50,031 bases of DNA from IMG/VR virus record IMGVR_UViG_3300017991_001587, positions 1 through 50,031 of that record. The stretch is one strand, 5' to 3'. Each line of letters begins with the position of its first letter. The stretch's first letter is position 1. A model generated the notes under the pieces. That model ran no database searches and was not told where the DNA came from. It saw only the letters and a list, made by a program, of their open reading frames with translations. A program made the position numbers and the translations under genes. Source of the DNA: a virus (Duplodnaviria > Caudoviricetes). Of the stretch, positions 27,892 through 37,379 are shown piece after piece.

Positions 27892-29508
27892 ATGTCAAGC
27901 GGCAACCGACGACTGGTTATGAACACGCGCGAGCGTGCGATCTCGGATGACATCCGGCGGATGCAAGCCTTCGCGGCGGCGGATCGCTCGGCTTGGAATC
28001 GTCGCATGCTCGACGACTTGTATGTCTTCGATGTCAACGCGGGGTATGGATACCCGACGACTTCGATCACGACACCGCTAACCGCCGACGTGATCGGCGG
28101 GCTCATGGTGCAACCCGTGATCGGTTCGTCGAGCTTGATCGTGATGCCCGGTGTTCTCGGAACGTACTTCCCCGATGCGGTGCCTTCGACCGACGACGAC
28201 CCGTACAAGGTGATCTCGGATCCGGGCGTGCAAACGTTGGGGATCTTGACGATCGCCGCGAACGCTGGACCGGGGATCCGCATCGACGTGATCGAGTGTC
28301 AACCCGTCGACACGACCGAAGAGCAGGACAACCGCGACATCTTCGACCCCGCGACCGGGCTCTTCACCGCCGCGCTTGTCGACAAGGTTGTCGCGGGTCG
28401 GCTTGCGTACCGTGTTCGGCAAGGCGCGGCGGGTGCGGGCTTCCCCGGAACCGTCAACGGGTGGTTGCCGCTTGCGGTCGCGAGCGTGCCGAGCGGCGGC
28501 GGTGCGTCGACCGATGATGTCACGTTCTGGGATGTTCGCCCGCTCGTTCCCGACCGTTGGGAACCGCCCGTTCGCGGCGGTCCGCTTCTCGTTCGTCGAC
28601 CCCGGATGAACGTGACCGCCGACGAATTCGCCGTTCCCGGCGAGCTTCGCGTGTTCGGCAACGTCGAAGGCAACTGGGGTCCATACAAGATGGGCGGCAC
28701 GCTCGCGAAGGGCACGCCGACGACGCCGATGGGGTCGGGTGACGTACCATGGGTCGACGCCTTGAATCCCGAGAACTGGGAACCGGGCTTGCTACCCGTC
28801 GCGAACTTCCCCGCGTATCTTTGGGCGTTGTACCCGTTCGGGCTTCACCGATGGGTTCGCTACACCGAGAACGACTTTCTCGGGCAAGGGCGCGTTCCGG
28901 GCGGCATGCGCGGGATCCCGACGTTCTCCATGGTCGGTCCATCGGGCTTCGGCGGCGGGAACCCCGCGCTCGCGATCGGGCTTCCTACTTCGACCGGGCT
29001 CGGCGGCTCGACTCAGAACGCGGCGATGCTCGCTTCGACCTATGTCGATTCGGTGCCCGCCCCGCGCGGATTCATCGTCGACGGGCTCACAACCTACTTG
29101 ACCGGCGGCGGCATCGCTTGGCTTCCGTTCCTTTCCGACAACCTTCACGACGAATACTTGTTCAACGGCAACTTCTCGCATCCGGCGAACGCCCGAGCGA
29201 TCCTTGTCGAGTTCTTTTGCTCCATGACCGGGGCGGCGGGCTTGGACGGGTACTATGATCGACGCGTCGAAGTGTACGACGCCGCCGGAACGAGCGTGAT
29301 CGCCCAACCCATGTATCAGGAAAAGCCCGCGACGATGCCGCTTGCAGCGTTCTTCAACGAACGGTTCGTCGTCGAGATCCCGTTGCCGACGATATGGCCC
29401 GCAACCGGAACCTTCGCGACGCGGGTCGACGTGACATACAACCCGGCGGCGGGATTCACACGCAACCCCGGAAGCGCAACCGTGATCGGGTGGCGGCTCG
29501 CACCATAG
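27892..29508 (+). CDS. Putative tail fibre/baseplate-attached protein
   Basis: NAGPGIRIDVIEC (N....PRIDxI) fibre N-terminal pattern; Gly/Pro beta-rich; synteny. Confidence 0.6.
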   Translation: MSSGNRRLVMNTRERAISDDIRRMQAFAAADRSAWNRRMLDDLYVFDVNAGYGYPTTSITTPLTADVIGGLMVQPVIGSSSLIVMPGVLGTYFPDAVPSTDDDPYKVISDPGVQTLGILTIAANAGPGIRIDVIECQPVDTTEEQDNRDIFDPATGLFTAALVDKVVAGRLAYRVRQGAAGAGFPGTVNGWLPLAVASVPSGGGASTDDVTFWDVRPLVPDRWEPPVRGGPLLVRRPRMNVTADEFAVPGELRVFGNVEGNWGPYKMGGTLAKGTPTTPMGSGDVPWVDALNPENWEPGLLPVANFPAYLWALYPFGLHRWVRYTENDFLGQGRVPGGMRGIPTFSMVGPSGFGGGNPALAIGLPTSTGLGGSTQNAAMLASTYVDSVPAPRGFIVDGLTTYLTGGGIAWLPFLSDNLHDEYLFNGNFSHPANARAILVEFFCSMTGAAGLDGYYDRRVEVYDAAGTSVIAQPMYQEKPATMPLAAFFNERFVVEIPLPTIWPATGTFATRVDVTYNPAAGFTRNPGSATVIGWRLAP

Positions 29509-29516
29509 GGGGTCCG

Positions 29517-31067
29517 ATGTCGCTCACATCGTTGATCATCGCGAACGGTTCGACGCTCGAAGAGACCGTCGCGGCGCTCGGGATCTCGGGATACTTGATC
29601 GAGCGGATCGAAGCGGGTCGACAACCGTTGCCCTTCGAGCTTGCCGAGCAACTTGCGGCGCATCTCGGTGTCGAGGTTGGCGACGTCGTTGCCGAAGTCG
29701 ACCGCGTGTCGACGACGGGTGCTCGGGCGGGCTTCAACGCGGTGCCCGCCGACCTTGTTCGCGGCGATCGCTTGCCGCCCGTGTTGCTTCACCCGCTCGA
29801 AGAAGTCGTGCTTCCCGAGCGCCCGGAAGTCGAAGGCGAATGGGTATGGATCACGAGCAACGGGTCGCCTTCGATGTCGTTCACGGACGATTATCTGTAC
29901 GTCGTCGACGTCGTGAACGAGAACCTTGTCGCGGCGATCGACCTAACCCCGTTGTGGTGGTTCGGCATCATCCGGGCGAGCGGGCTTGCGTACGACGCGA
30001 CGAACGGGCGTGTGATCTGTTTGGGACACGACCAGTATGAAGGTTGGATGATCACCCGCTTCGACGCGGCGACCGCGACCTTCGTCGACTTGTCGTTCGG
30101 CGGCGACTACGGCGATCAATGGGGTTGCGATTGGAACGCGACCGAAGGCTTGTGGAAGGATTCATACTTCTCGGGATGGATCTCGGGCGTCGTTCAACTA
30201 GACGAAACGTCGCCGCCGAGCATGCCCGTCGTCGGCGGATGGCCGTTCACCGATTCGCCCGCCGCCGAAGGGATCTCGCTCAACTTGTACGAGAACGGGT
30301 TCGCCTATGCGATGGCATGGGATCCAACCTTGGCGGTGTTGACTTGGCGGCGCGTCAAGTTGTCGGATGGATCCAACGTGACCGGGGCGACCAACTTGTT
30401 CCCGGCGGGCGTCGGCGGAACGACGCAACCCGTGATCGACTCCATGGACATCGGTGACGGTTCCGACGAAGTGTACGGCGTGACGGTCGCCCGCATCGAC
30501 GACGCCTTGTATGTCGCGCAAGCGGGCAACCCTTTCTTCCCCTTCCCGCCGCCGATTCCGATCTATGCGACCGACATGAACACGCTTGCGACGACGCCCG
30601 TATTCCCGGTCGGTCCGGTGCTTCCGGGTTATTGGATGGGCGGTTCGGTTGCCGACGACGACGGCAACTTGTGGATCACGACGTGTCGGATCGATCTCGA
30701 AACGAGCGAATGGATCACGTTCTTTTTGCACAAGGTCGACCCTTCGACCGGCAACGTGCTCGCGTGGTATCGCATGCCGAACGGTGTCGGTCCGGGCGTC
30801 ACCGAATACACGGCGCATCTCGGGATCGCGATCCTTGCGGCGGGCGCAATATGGGCGGTAGCTCGGGTCGAAGATTGGATGTCGGAAACGACAGAGCTTC
30901 GGCTCGTGAAGTTCGATCTCGACACCGCCGATCTTCTTTCGTGGGTTGTGCTTCACGAAGCGGTGTTCAACCCGCGAGCGGGCTTCGACATCATTGCAAC
31001 CGATGTCGGTCCGACGACCCCGGTCCCGCCGCCCGGTGGTCGACCGCCGAAGCCACCCGTGAAGTGA
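29517..31067 (+). CDS. XRE-like HTH fused to a predicted beta-propeller domain
   Basis: TLEETVAALGISGYLIERIEAGRQPLPFELAEQLAAHLGV is HTH_3-like; repeated blade-like segments follow. Confidence 0.6.
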   Translation: MSLTSLIIANGSTLEETVAALGISGYLIERIEAGRQPLPFELAEQLAAHLGVEVGDVVAEVDRVSTTGARAGFNAVPADLVRGDRLPPVLLHPLEEVVLPERPEVEGEWVWITSNGSPSMSFTDDYLYVVDVVNENLVAAIDLTPLWWFGIIRASGLAYDATNGRVICLGHDQYEGWMITRFDAATATFVDLSFGGDYGDQWGCDWNATEGLWKDSYFSGWISGVVQLDETSPPSMPVVGGWPFTDSPAAEGISLNLYENGFAYAMAWDPTLAVLTWRRVKLSDGSNVTGATNLFPAGVGGTTQPVIDSMDIGDGSDEVYGVTVARIDDALYVAQAGNPFFPFPPPIPIYATDMNTLATTPVFPVGPVLPGYWMGGSVADDDGNLWITTCRIDLETSEWITFFLHKVDPSTGNVLAWYRMPNGVGPGVTEYTAHLGIAILAAGAIWAVARVEDWMSETTELRLVKFDLDTADLLSWVVLHEAVFNPRAGFDIIATDVGPTTPVPPPGGRPPKPPVK

Positions 31068-31076
31068 AAGGGAACC

Positions 31077-31319
31077 ATGGACGCCATTCTCGAACCGCTT
31101 ATGAATCTCGGGCTTCCGGGGATCATCATTGCCGCGTTGCTGCTATGGGTGTCGCGGCTTCATGCGGCGCTCGAACGCTTGCATGCCGAACGCATTGCCG
31201 ACGCGAAGGCATTCACCGAGCGAGCCCTTGCGCTTCAAGAGGGGGCGCACCAGTCGATCAAGAAGCTCGAAACGCTTGCCGACTTGATCGTGCGCGGAGG
31301 TTCGATCCATGAAGACTGA
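31077..31319 (+). CDS. Small membrane protein (holin/antiholin-like)
   Basis: One N-terminal TM helix plus coiled coil; lysis region. Confidence 0.55.
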   Translation: MDAILEPLMNLGLPGIIIAALLLWVSRLHAALERLHAERIADAKAFTERALALQEGAHQSIKKLETLADLIVRGGSIHED

Positions 31320-31494
31320 CCAGAAGAAAACAGCGGTTGAAGTGCTAGCGCGCTTCCGCGAACAACTTGCGAACCTTCGTGTCGTCGAGACCGAAGTCGT
31401 CGCACCGTTCACGAAGCGCGTTCAATGCATGGTCGACAAGCGGTTGTCGACCCGCCCGCCGGGTTCGCCGTACGGGGAAGGTGCCACGACATGA
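31309..31494 (+). CDS. Small hypothetical protein
   Basis: GGAGG RBS, overlaps both neighbours. Confidence 0.5.
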   Translation: MKTDQKKTAVEVLARFREQLANLRVVETEVVAPFTKRVQCMVDKRLSTRPPGSPYGEGATT

Positions 31495-31760
31495 CAACGA
31501 AGAACGAAGATGGAATCTTCGGGGCGGTCGCGGGGTTGCTCGCGTCGCGAAAGGCGATCATCGTGATCGTCGCGATCGGCGTCGTTGCCGCGCTCGGCTT
31601 CACGCACAACATCGAAGGCGACAAGGTGATCGAATTCGTGAAGTGGGTCGTCGTGTCATGGCTTGGCGCGCAAGCGTACGAAGACGCGAAGATCAAGTCG
31701 GCGGCGTTGTTCACGCCGCCAAGCCCGCCGAACAACGGTTCGACGACGGATGATCCATGA
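31491..31760 (+). CDS. Putative holin (2 TM)
   Basis: SRK followed by two hydrophobic helices and QAYED; ATGA overlap. Confidence 0.6.
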   Translation: MTTKNEDGIFGAVAGLLASRKAIIVIVAIGVVAALGFTHNIEGDKVIEFVKWVVVSWLGAQAYEDAKIKSAALFTPPSPPNNGSTTDDP

Positions 31761-32314
31761 CGCAACCGGGCTTTCTCGACGCAAGGTACGTTCGCGAAGG
31801 GGTCGCGAACCGGCAAGGGGTCGGTCGCCCCGCACCGTGGAACAAGTCGCTCGGCGGGTATCGGTTGCCGCTTGTGCTCGACGAAGAAGTGTCGCCCGGA
31901 TTCTTCGACTTCGTGCTTCCCTTCGGCACCGCCGACGACTTCCCAGAGCTTGCGCCATGGCTTGCGCCGACGCGGTTCGAGCCGCGCGAGATCGAGATCG
32001 TGACGCATGCCGACATGACCGACGATCCCGGTGTCGCCTTCATGCTCGACCGGGAAGCAACGGTGCTTTGCAAGGGCGGCGCTTCGGGTCCGTCCTACGT
32101 CGCGCCGAGCCGAGCGACGCGCACCGGACCGGGCGGCACCTATCGCGCCGAGCTTCGGGCGCGATTGCAGTGCCCGACCGTGATCGGGTTGTGCCCGCTC
32201 GTGTTGCGTGTCGGATGGACAACGGTTCCCGGCATCGACATCGCGCACCGGGGCGCGTCGATCATCGCATACCGCGACGCGGGCTTCGGGTGGGAGATCC
32301 CGCCCGCGTTCTAG
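31757..32314 (+). CDS. Hypothetical protein
   Basis: ATGA overlap; typical codon usage. Confidence 0.6.
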   Translation: MTQPGFLDARYVREGVANRQGVGRPAPWNKSLGGYRLPLVLDEEVSPGFFDFVLPFGTADDFPELAPWLAPTRFEPREIEIVTHADMTDDPGVAFMLDREATVLCKGGASGPSYVAPSRATRTGPGGTYRAELRARLQCPTVIGLCPLVLRVGWTTVPGIDIAHRGASIIAYRDAGFGWEIPPAF

Positions 32315-32408
32315 CCCGGAACCGGCCCGAGAAGGGCTCGACGCCTTCCGCCCTACCGCGAACCCCTATCCGACGCCCCGACGCGTTCTCGGGGCGTTCT
32401 CGGGCGAC
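32315..32408. repeat. Bipartite element copy 4 (same outer arms as copy 3, interior end-boxes in opposite orientation)
   Basis: CCCGGAACCGG-CCCGAGAA | 32334-32385 (52 nt) | TTCTCGGGGCGTTCTCGGGCGAC; fills the whole convergent intergenic gap. Confidence 0.85.
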
Positions 32409-33199
32409 TATGGGGCGGGCGTGAAGTAGGGCTCGAAGTAGGGGTTGTCCGTGGGAACGCCGAATGGGAAGCCTTCGGGCACAAGGGCGGCGTCGAGCCC
32501 GGAACACGAGCCTTCGCCATGGCGATCGGCGGCGACAAGGGCGGCGAAGGTGTCGAGCCGACCGGCAAGGGGGCGACCGGGCGGCGACTTCCCGAACGCC
32601 CATGTGCGCCCGTCGACGCCCCGTCGAAGTGTTTTCGTCGTTCCCCTTCCGCCATGGCGGGCGATCCCATCGGACCCGACGAAGAAGCCGCCATAGTCGA
32701 ACGATCGAACGACGTTGCCTTCGATCGACTCGATCACGAAGACGTGTTCGAGCCCGTATTCACCGATCATCCAAACGTCGCCCGGTCGCGTGTCGGCAAC
32801 GACCGAATCTCCCTTGCGATGCTTCGTCCAAGCCGATCCCGTCTCGGCGTGAAGCTTGATCAAGTTCCAACCTTGTTGCCAGCCCCATGCTTCCTTGCGG
32901 TTGATCCATCGAAGCGACTTGCGAACGTGCGCGTCGTCGTACAACACCGCCCCGCAAGCAAGCCAAGCCGCGAAGTGCGGAAGGTCGCCACACGACGAAT
33001 AGCAACGCCGCTTCCCGTTGATCAACCAGCAACCTTGCCGACCTTCGGTCACGCGCTCGAAGATCGGGTCGCCCTTTTGCCGCCCCTTCGACCCGTTGCA
33101 TGCGAAGCGGGCAAGCTCGACGAAGGCGGCACGAACGGCTTCTTCGTCGAGCGGTCCATCCAACGACTTCCGAAGGTGAACGCGGGTCAAGTTGATCAT
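32408..33199 (-). CDS. CHAP/NlpC-P60-like cysteine hydrolase, putative endolysin
   Basis: SSCGDLPHF...RPGDVWMIG...EHVFVIESIEG..VRSFDYG (Cys...PGD...His) pattern; adjacent to holin-like genes; leaderless TAGGCT-N6-ATG. Confidence 0.55.
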   Translation of the reverse strand: MINLTRVHLRKSLDGPLDEEAVRAAFVELARFACNGSKGRQKGDPIFERVTEGRQGCWLINGKRRCYSSCGDLPHFAAWLACGAVLYDDAHVRKSLRWINRKEAWGWQQGWNLIKLHAETGSAWTKHRKGDSVVADTRPGDVWMIGEYGLEHVFVIESIEGNVVRSFDYGGFFVGSDGIARHGGRGTTKTLRRGVDGRTWAFGKSPPGRPLAGRLDTFAALVAADRHGEGSCSGLDAALVPEGFPFGVPTDNPYFEPYFTPAP

Positions 33200-33347
33200 G
33201 GATCGAGCCTACCGCGTTCGTCGTATACAGACCAACGCCCCCCCTTCCGCCCGTATCATGCCGCGATCGATCTCGATCGAAGAAAGAATTATTCTTCAAG
33301 CGTTGCGCACCGCTTCGCGGTGCGTGCCGCCGAAGGCGGCGCGAGCG

Positions 33348-33368
33348 ATGGATGATCGATCGTCCATG
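33348..33368. repeat. Palindromic element copy 5 (variant ...GATCGTCCATG)
   Basis: In a divergent intergenic region directly before CATGAT-N6-ATG(33386). Confidence 0.95.
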
Positions 33369-33385
33369 CGCGGCATGATGCGACC

Positions 33386-34900
33386 ATGGACCGGACACCG
33401 ATCACCGTCGTCGTCGATTCGCGCTTGCGGATGCGAGCAAGCGATCTCGAAGCCGAAGTCGTCGAGCGGCTTCGCGAAGACTTCACGCACACGAACCCGC
33501 AAAGGATCATGCTCGAACGGATGGGCGTGCATCCGAACGCGTTGCGAAAGGAACCGTTGGAGATCCCGACTTGGCGGCTCGACGGCGACGACTTCTCGAT
33601 CCCGCGCGGCGGTGTCGGTCGCATGCGCGAAGCCTTCGCGGATCATGGCGTGCGGTATCGGGTGATCGACAACCGGACCGAAGGCAACGGACCGAAGGGG
33701 ATCCCCGAGCACCGATTGACGCTTCGCGACTTCCAAGAAGAGATGGTCGAAGCGGGCATGCGAATCGAGAACGCGTTGCTTCGGGCACCGACCGGAAGCG
33801 GCAAGACCACGGCGGCGCTTGCGCTCGCGGCGGCGATCGACTTGCCGACGCTCGTGATCGTGTGGACCGGCAACTTGTTCGATCAATGGGTGCGTCGAGC
33901 GAGCGTCGAGCTTGGCATTCCGAAGGGGGAAGTCGGGATCATTCGCGGGTCGAAGCGCGTCGTGAAGCCGATCACGATCGCGATGCAACAGACGCTTGTG
34001 AATTGCGCGGGCGACTATGCCGACGCGTTCGGGGCGGTGATCTGCGACGAAGTACAACGCTTCGCCGCACGGACCTTCATGGCGGTGATCGATCGGTTCC
34101 CCGCACGGTATCGCATCGGGATCTCGGCAGACGAACGACGCAAGGATCGGAAGGAGTTCTTGCTTTACGACGTGTTCGGGAACATCGCCGTCGACGTCAA
34201 GCAAAGCGACTTGATCGAACGCGGGTTCGTTCACGACGTCGCGGTCGACATCGTGCCGACCGACTTCGATGCGCCATGGCATGCCGAGCTATTCAAGCAC
34301 GACGACAACCCAAGTCGGGCGAAGGTGCGGGCGCGGCTTCAAGCGTTCAACCGGATCGTCGAAGACATGGCGGTCGACGCCGACCGCAACGCGCTCGCGG
34401 TTCGCATGGCGGTCGAATACGTCAAGCGGGGCGAGCGGGTCGTGATCATGTCGCACCGCCGCGAGCATTGCATGACGCTCGACGCCGACGTGTCGTCGCT
34501 CGGCTTCAAGTGCGGTCGCATGCTCGGCACCGACGAAGATGGACCCGAATTCGAGGCGACCCGAGAAGGTCTCGCGACGGGCGACTTGCGGGTCGCGACG
34601 GGCACGTTCCAAGCAATCGGCACGGGCTTGGACATGCCTTCGGTGTCGGTCGGTGTCGTCGCGACCCCGATTGCCAATTCGCGCGACGGTCGGTCGTTCT
34701 TCGGCCAAGTGCGCGGGCGGTTCTGTCGTACGAGCGACGACGGCAAGACCGGGGCGCGGCTCGTGTACCTATGGGATCGCAAAGTGTACGGGTTGAAGCC
34801 CGTCGAGAACCTTTGCCGTTGGAATCGTACGGTTCGCGTGTTCGACGGCGGCATGATGGCGGATGCACGCGAGTTCTTGAAAAGGGAGCGCAACCGATGA
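33386..34900 (+). CDS. Superfamily 2 (DEAD/ResIII-like) helicase
   Basis: LRDFQ, APTGSGKT, DEVQ, GISA, GTGLDMP and QVRGRFCR motifs. Confidence 0.92.
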   Translation: MDRTPITVVVDSRLRMRASDLEAEVVERLREDFTHTNPQRIMLERMGVHPNALRKEPLEIPTWRLDGDDFSIPRGGVGRMREAFADHGVRYRVIDNRTEGNGPKGIPEHRLTLRDFQEEMVEAGMRIENALLRAPTGSGKTTAALALAAAIDLPTLVIVWTGNLFDQWVRRASVELGIPKGEVGIIRGSKRVVKPITIAMQQTLVNCAGDYADAFGAVICDEVQRFAARTFMAVIDRFPARYRIGISADERRKDRKEFLLYDVFGNIAVDVKQSDLIERGFVHDVAVDIVPTDFDAPWHAELFKHDDNPSRAKVRARLQAFNRIVEDMAVDADRNALAVRMAVEYVKRGERVVIMSHRREHCMTLDADVSSLGFKCGRMLGTDEDGPEFEATREGLATGDLRVATGTFQAIGTGLDMPSVSVGVVATPIANSRDGRSFFGQVRGRFCRTSDDGKTGARLVYLWDRKVYGLKPVENLCRWNRTVRVFDGGMMADAREFLKRERNR

Positions 34901-35379
34901 GACGTCGAAGTCAAGCTAAGCCGAAGGTGAATCGTTGCCCGGATTGCGGAGAGCCGCAATTCCACGCACCGGGGTCGGGTTGGACGTGCGAGAACGGGCA
35001 TGGATACGGCGAACCGAACGGACCCGAAGAGAACGCGGCACCGACGCCGCCGAGCTTGCTTCGCTCGGCACCGAAGTCGAACGACAACGACTTCGACGTC
35101 GATGCGTTGCTCGACGAAGGCGACACGATCACCGTGACTTGGGGCGGTGAAAGCTTCTCGCCCATCCGGTTCTTCAACGCCGAAGTCGGTCCGTTCACCG
35201 CGACGGTTCGCATTCGACCGGGCGAGAAGCCGAGCGAAGCCCGAGCCCGAGCGACCGCGTTCGTCGAAGCGACGGCGGCGCTTGCGTGGCAATCGAAGAT
35301 CGAAGGGCATCTCGGGCGCGTTCGCGACTCGCACAAGCTGGTTGAAGCCGTGAAGGAAGCCGCGAAGGGGAAGGGTTGA
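34897..35379 (+). CDS. Hypothetical protein with N-terminal zinc ribbon
   Basis: ATGA overlap, GGGAG RBS; CPDCG...CENGH. Confidence 0.7.
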   Translation: MRRRSQAKPKVNRCPDCGEPQFHAPGSGWTCENGHGYGEPNGPEENAAPTPPSLLRSAPKSNDNDFDVDALLDEGDTITVTWGGESFSPIRFFNAEVGPFTATVRIRPGEKPSEARARATAFVEATAALAWQSKIEGHLGRVRDSHKLVEAVKEAAKGKG

Positions 35380-35382
35380 TCC

Positions 35383-35868
35383 ATGCGTCGTTTGAAGTAC
35401 CCGCCGAAGCCGAACCCGGAACCGACACAAGCCGCGCTTGCGCTCGAAACAGCGGTTGCCGCCATGGGAACGAAGCGCAAGCGCAAGCCAAGCTCGAAGG
35501 CGATGCTCGACGGGGCGCTCGGTGAAGCCGAATTGTTCCGGTCGACGGGCGACTGGTCGACGGCGAAGGGCAAGCACTTCGTCGCGTTGTACGCTTGGCT
35601 CCATTCGTCGATCTATGAGACCGAAGCGGTCGACTTGCTCGACGGGAAGTCGATGCTCGCGGCGTCGAACGCCGCCGACAAGATGTTTCGGGTCGACTTC
35701 GGCGGCGACGGCAAGCGGTTCGTCGAATTCATCGCATGGTGTTGGGCTCGCGAGCGGCAAGCAGTGAAGAAGGGAACCGGGGCGCGTCGGTTGTCGTGGC
35801 GGTTGCAATTCGCTTCCCGACACTTGCTTGTCGACTATCGGGTCGACCTTATGCGGTGCGGGCGATGA
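35383..35868 (+). CDS. Hypothetical protein (replication module)
   Basis: Closely coupled to neighbours. Confidence 0.7.
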   Translation: MRRLKYPPKPNPEPTQAALALETAVAAMGTKRKRKPSSKAMLDGALGEAELFRSTGDWSTAKGKHFVALYAWLHSSIYETEAVDLLDGKSMLAASNAADKMFRVDFGGDGKRFVEFIAWCWARERQAVKKGTGARRLSWRLQFASRHLLVDYRVDLMRCGR

Positions 35869-37379
35869 AACGACGGCGAAGCCAAGCGAACAAGCCACCC
35901 GAGAAGCCCGCCATGGATGATCGATCATCCATGAAGCCGAAGCCGAAGGTGAAGTTGAAGCCCGACAAGGGCGAGTCGGTCGATCTTCGGATCCCGCACG
36001 ACATCGTGAACGAACAAGTGATTCTCGCGGCGGCGATCGTCGACGTCGAAACATGCGATCGGTTGCTTCGACGGATTCCCGCTGATTCGCTCTTCGGGAA
36101 GGGTCACGCCGAAGCTTGGTCGATGCTTGCCGAGCTTCGGCGGCGCGGGCTCACCTACGACCCCGCGACCGTGCGCCAACTTTCCGGCGGTGCGATCGAC
36201 GTCGAGTATCTCGACGCGCTTGTCGTCGACCGACCCGCCGTGCCGCCGAACCTTTCGCACCATGTCGACGCGCTCGAATGGGATCGGGCTCGCATCGAAG
36301 CCGCGCGCGGTCCGCTCGGTTCGCTTCTCGACGCGGTTCGTGATCCGAGCGCCGACCCCGAACGCGTGCGGGCGCTCGCGGCGCAAGTGTCGAAGGCGTT
36401 CGACCGCACGGACCTTCGCTACCTTCGCGATCCCGATGAATTGGTCCGGTCGCAGATTGCCGAGATCCGCAAGCGGCAAAGCGGGGTTGCCCGGTTCTCG
36501 TACGGGGTCGAAGGGCTCGACGACTTCGACGACGGAACCCCGCGAATGATTCCGGGCACCGCGCCGAAGCAAGTCACGGTGATCACCGGGCTCTCGGGCG
36601 GCGGCAAGACAACCTTCACTGCACACGTTGCGCTCGGGCTAGCGAACGAAGGTCGAAAGGTGTTGTTCGGGGCATGGGAACAAGGAAGCGGGCTCACGTT
36701 GGAATTGATCGCGACGATCTCGCTCGGGTTGTCGCGGACAAGCTTGACGGTCGGTGACGTCGACGACTTGATGATCGACGATCTCGAAGCCGAGATGCGA
36801 CGGTTGTCGGAATGGATCCGGTTCTTCGAGATCCCCTTCGGGCGCAAGCAAGGCGAGAAGCGGTTGAACGATCGGGCGCTCGACACGATTCACGCATACA
36901 TTGTCGAGTCGGGTTGCGACGTGTTCATTGCCGACTTGTGGCGGCGGGCGCTTCGACAATTCGACCCCGACGAAGAAGAAGCGGCGTTGTACCGTCAACA
37001 ATCAATTGCGCAAGAGACGAACACGCATCACATATTGATTCACCAACAACGCTTGAAGGATGTCGAGACGCGAAGCGACAAGCAACCGACGCGGGAAGGG
37101 TTGAAGGGCTCGGGCGCATGGGTGGAGATGCCCGACACGATTCTCGGCATCCATCGCCCCGCGCTTTGGAAAGCGGTTGCCGACGATTCGATCCTTGCGC
37201 TTGTGTTGAAGCAACGACACGGGCAATGGCCACTAGCGGTTGAATTCGATTGGGTGCCGACGCACGGAACGATCCGGGGCGGTCGCGAGATCGAATACAC
37301 GCAACCCGGAAGCGAAGGCGAAGTCGACTCGTTCCTTGCCGAAGCGACAGTGAACAAGGGAAGGCGGCGAAGGCGATGA
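35865..37379 (+). CDS. dnaB: DnaB-like replicative helicase
   Basis: PHDIVNEQVILAA N-domain, GLSGGGKT Walker A, FIADL, GLKGSGAWVEMPD and VLKQRHG motifs. Confidence 0.9.
   Translation: MKRRRSQANKPPEKPAMDDRSSMKPKPKVKLKPDKGESVDLRIPHDIVNEQVILAAAIVDVETCDRLLRRIPADSLFGKGHAEAWSMLAELRRRGLTYDPATVRQLSGGAIDVEYLDALVVDRPAVPPNLSHHVDALEWDRARIEAARGPLGSLLDAVRDPSADPERVRALAAQVSKAFDRTDLRYLRDPDELVRSQIAEIRKRQSGVARFSYGVEGLDDFDDGTPRMIPGTAPKQVTVITGLSGGGKTTFTAHVALGLANEGRKVLFGAWEQGSGLTLELIATISLGLSRTSLTVGDVDDLMIDDLEAEMRRLSEWIRFFEIPFGRKQGEKRLNDRALDTIHAYIVESGCDVFIADLWRRALRQFDPDEEEAALYRQQSIAQETNTHHILIHQQRLKDVETRSDKQPTREGLKGSGAWVEMPDTILGIHRPALWKAVADDSILALVLKQRHGQWPLAVEFDWVPTHGTIRGGREIEYTQPGSEGEVDSFLAEATVNKGRRRRR
35913..35933. 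repeat. Palindromic element copy 6, in-frame (MDDRSSM) in the helicase N-terminal extension
   Basis: Direct reading. Confidence 0.95.

Noticed and set aside
9833-29508. Tailocin/eCIS/T6SS interpretation of the contractile tail genes
   Set aside because: Capsid, scaffold and a full replication module are contiguous, which indicates a phage
33571-34896. 5' part of the 602-aa ORF overlapping the helicase
   Set aside because: Arg-rich off-frame read-through; the real gene probably starts at the ATGA overlap at 34897
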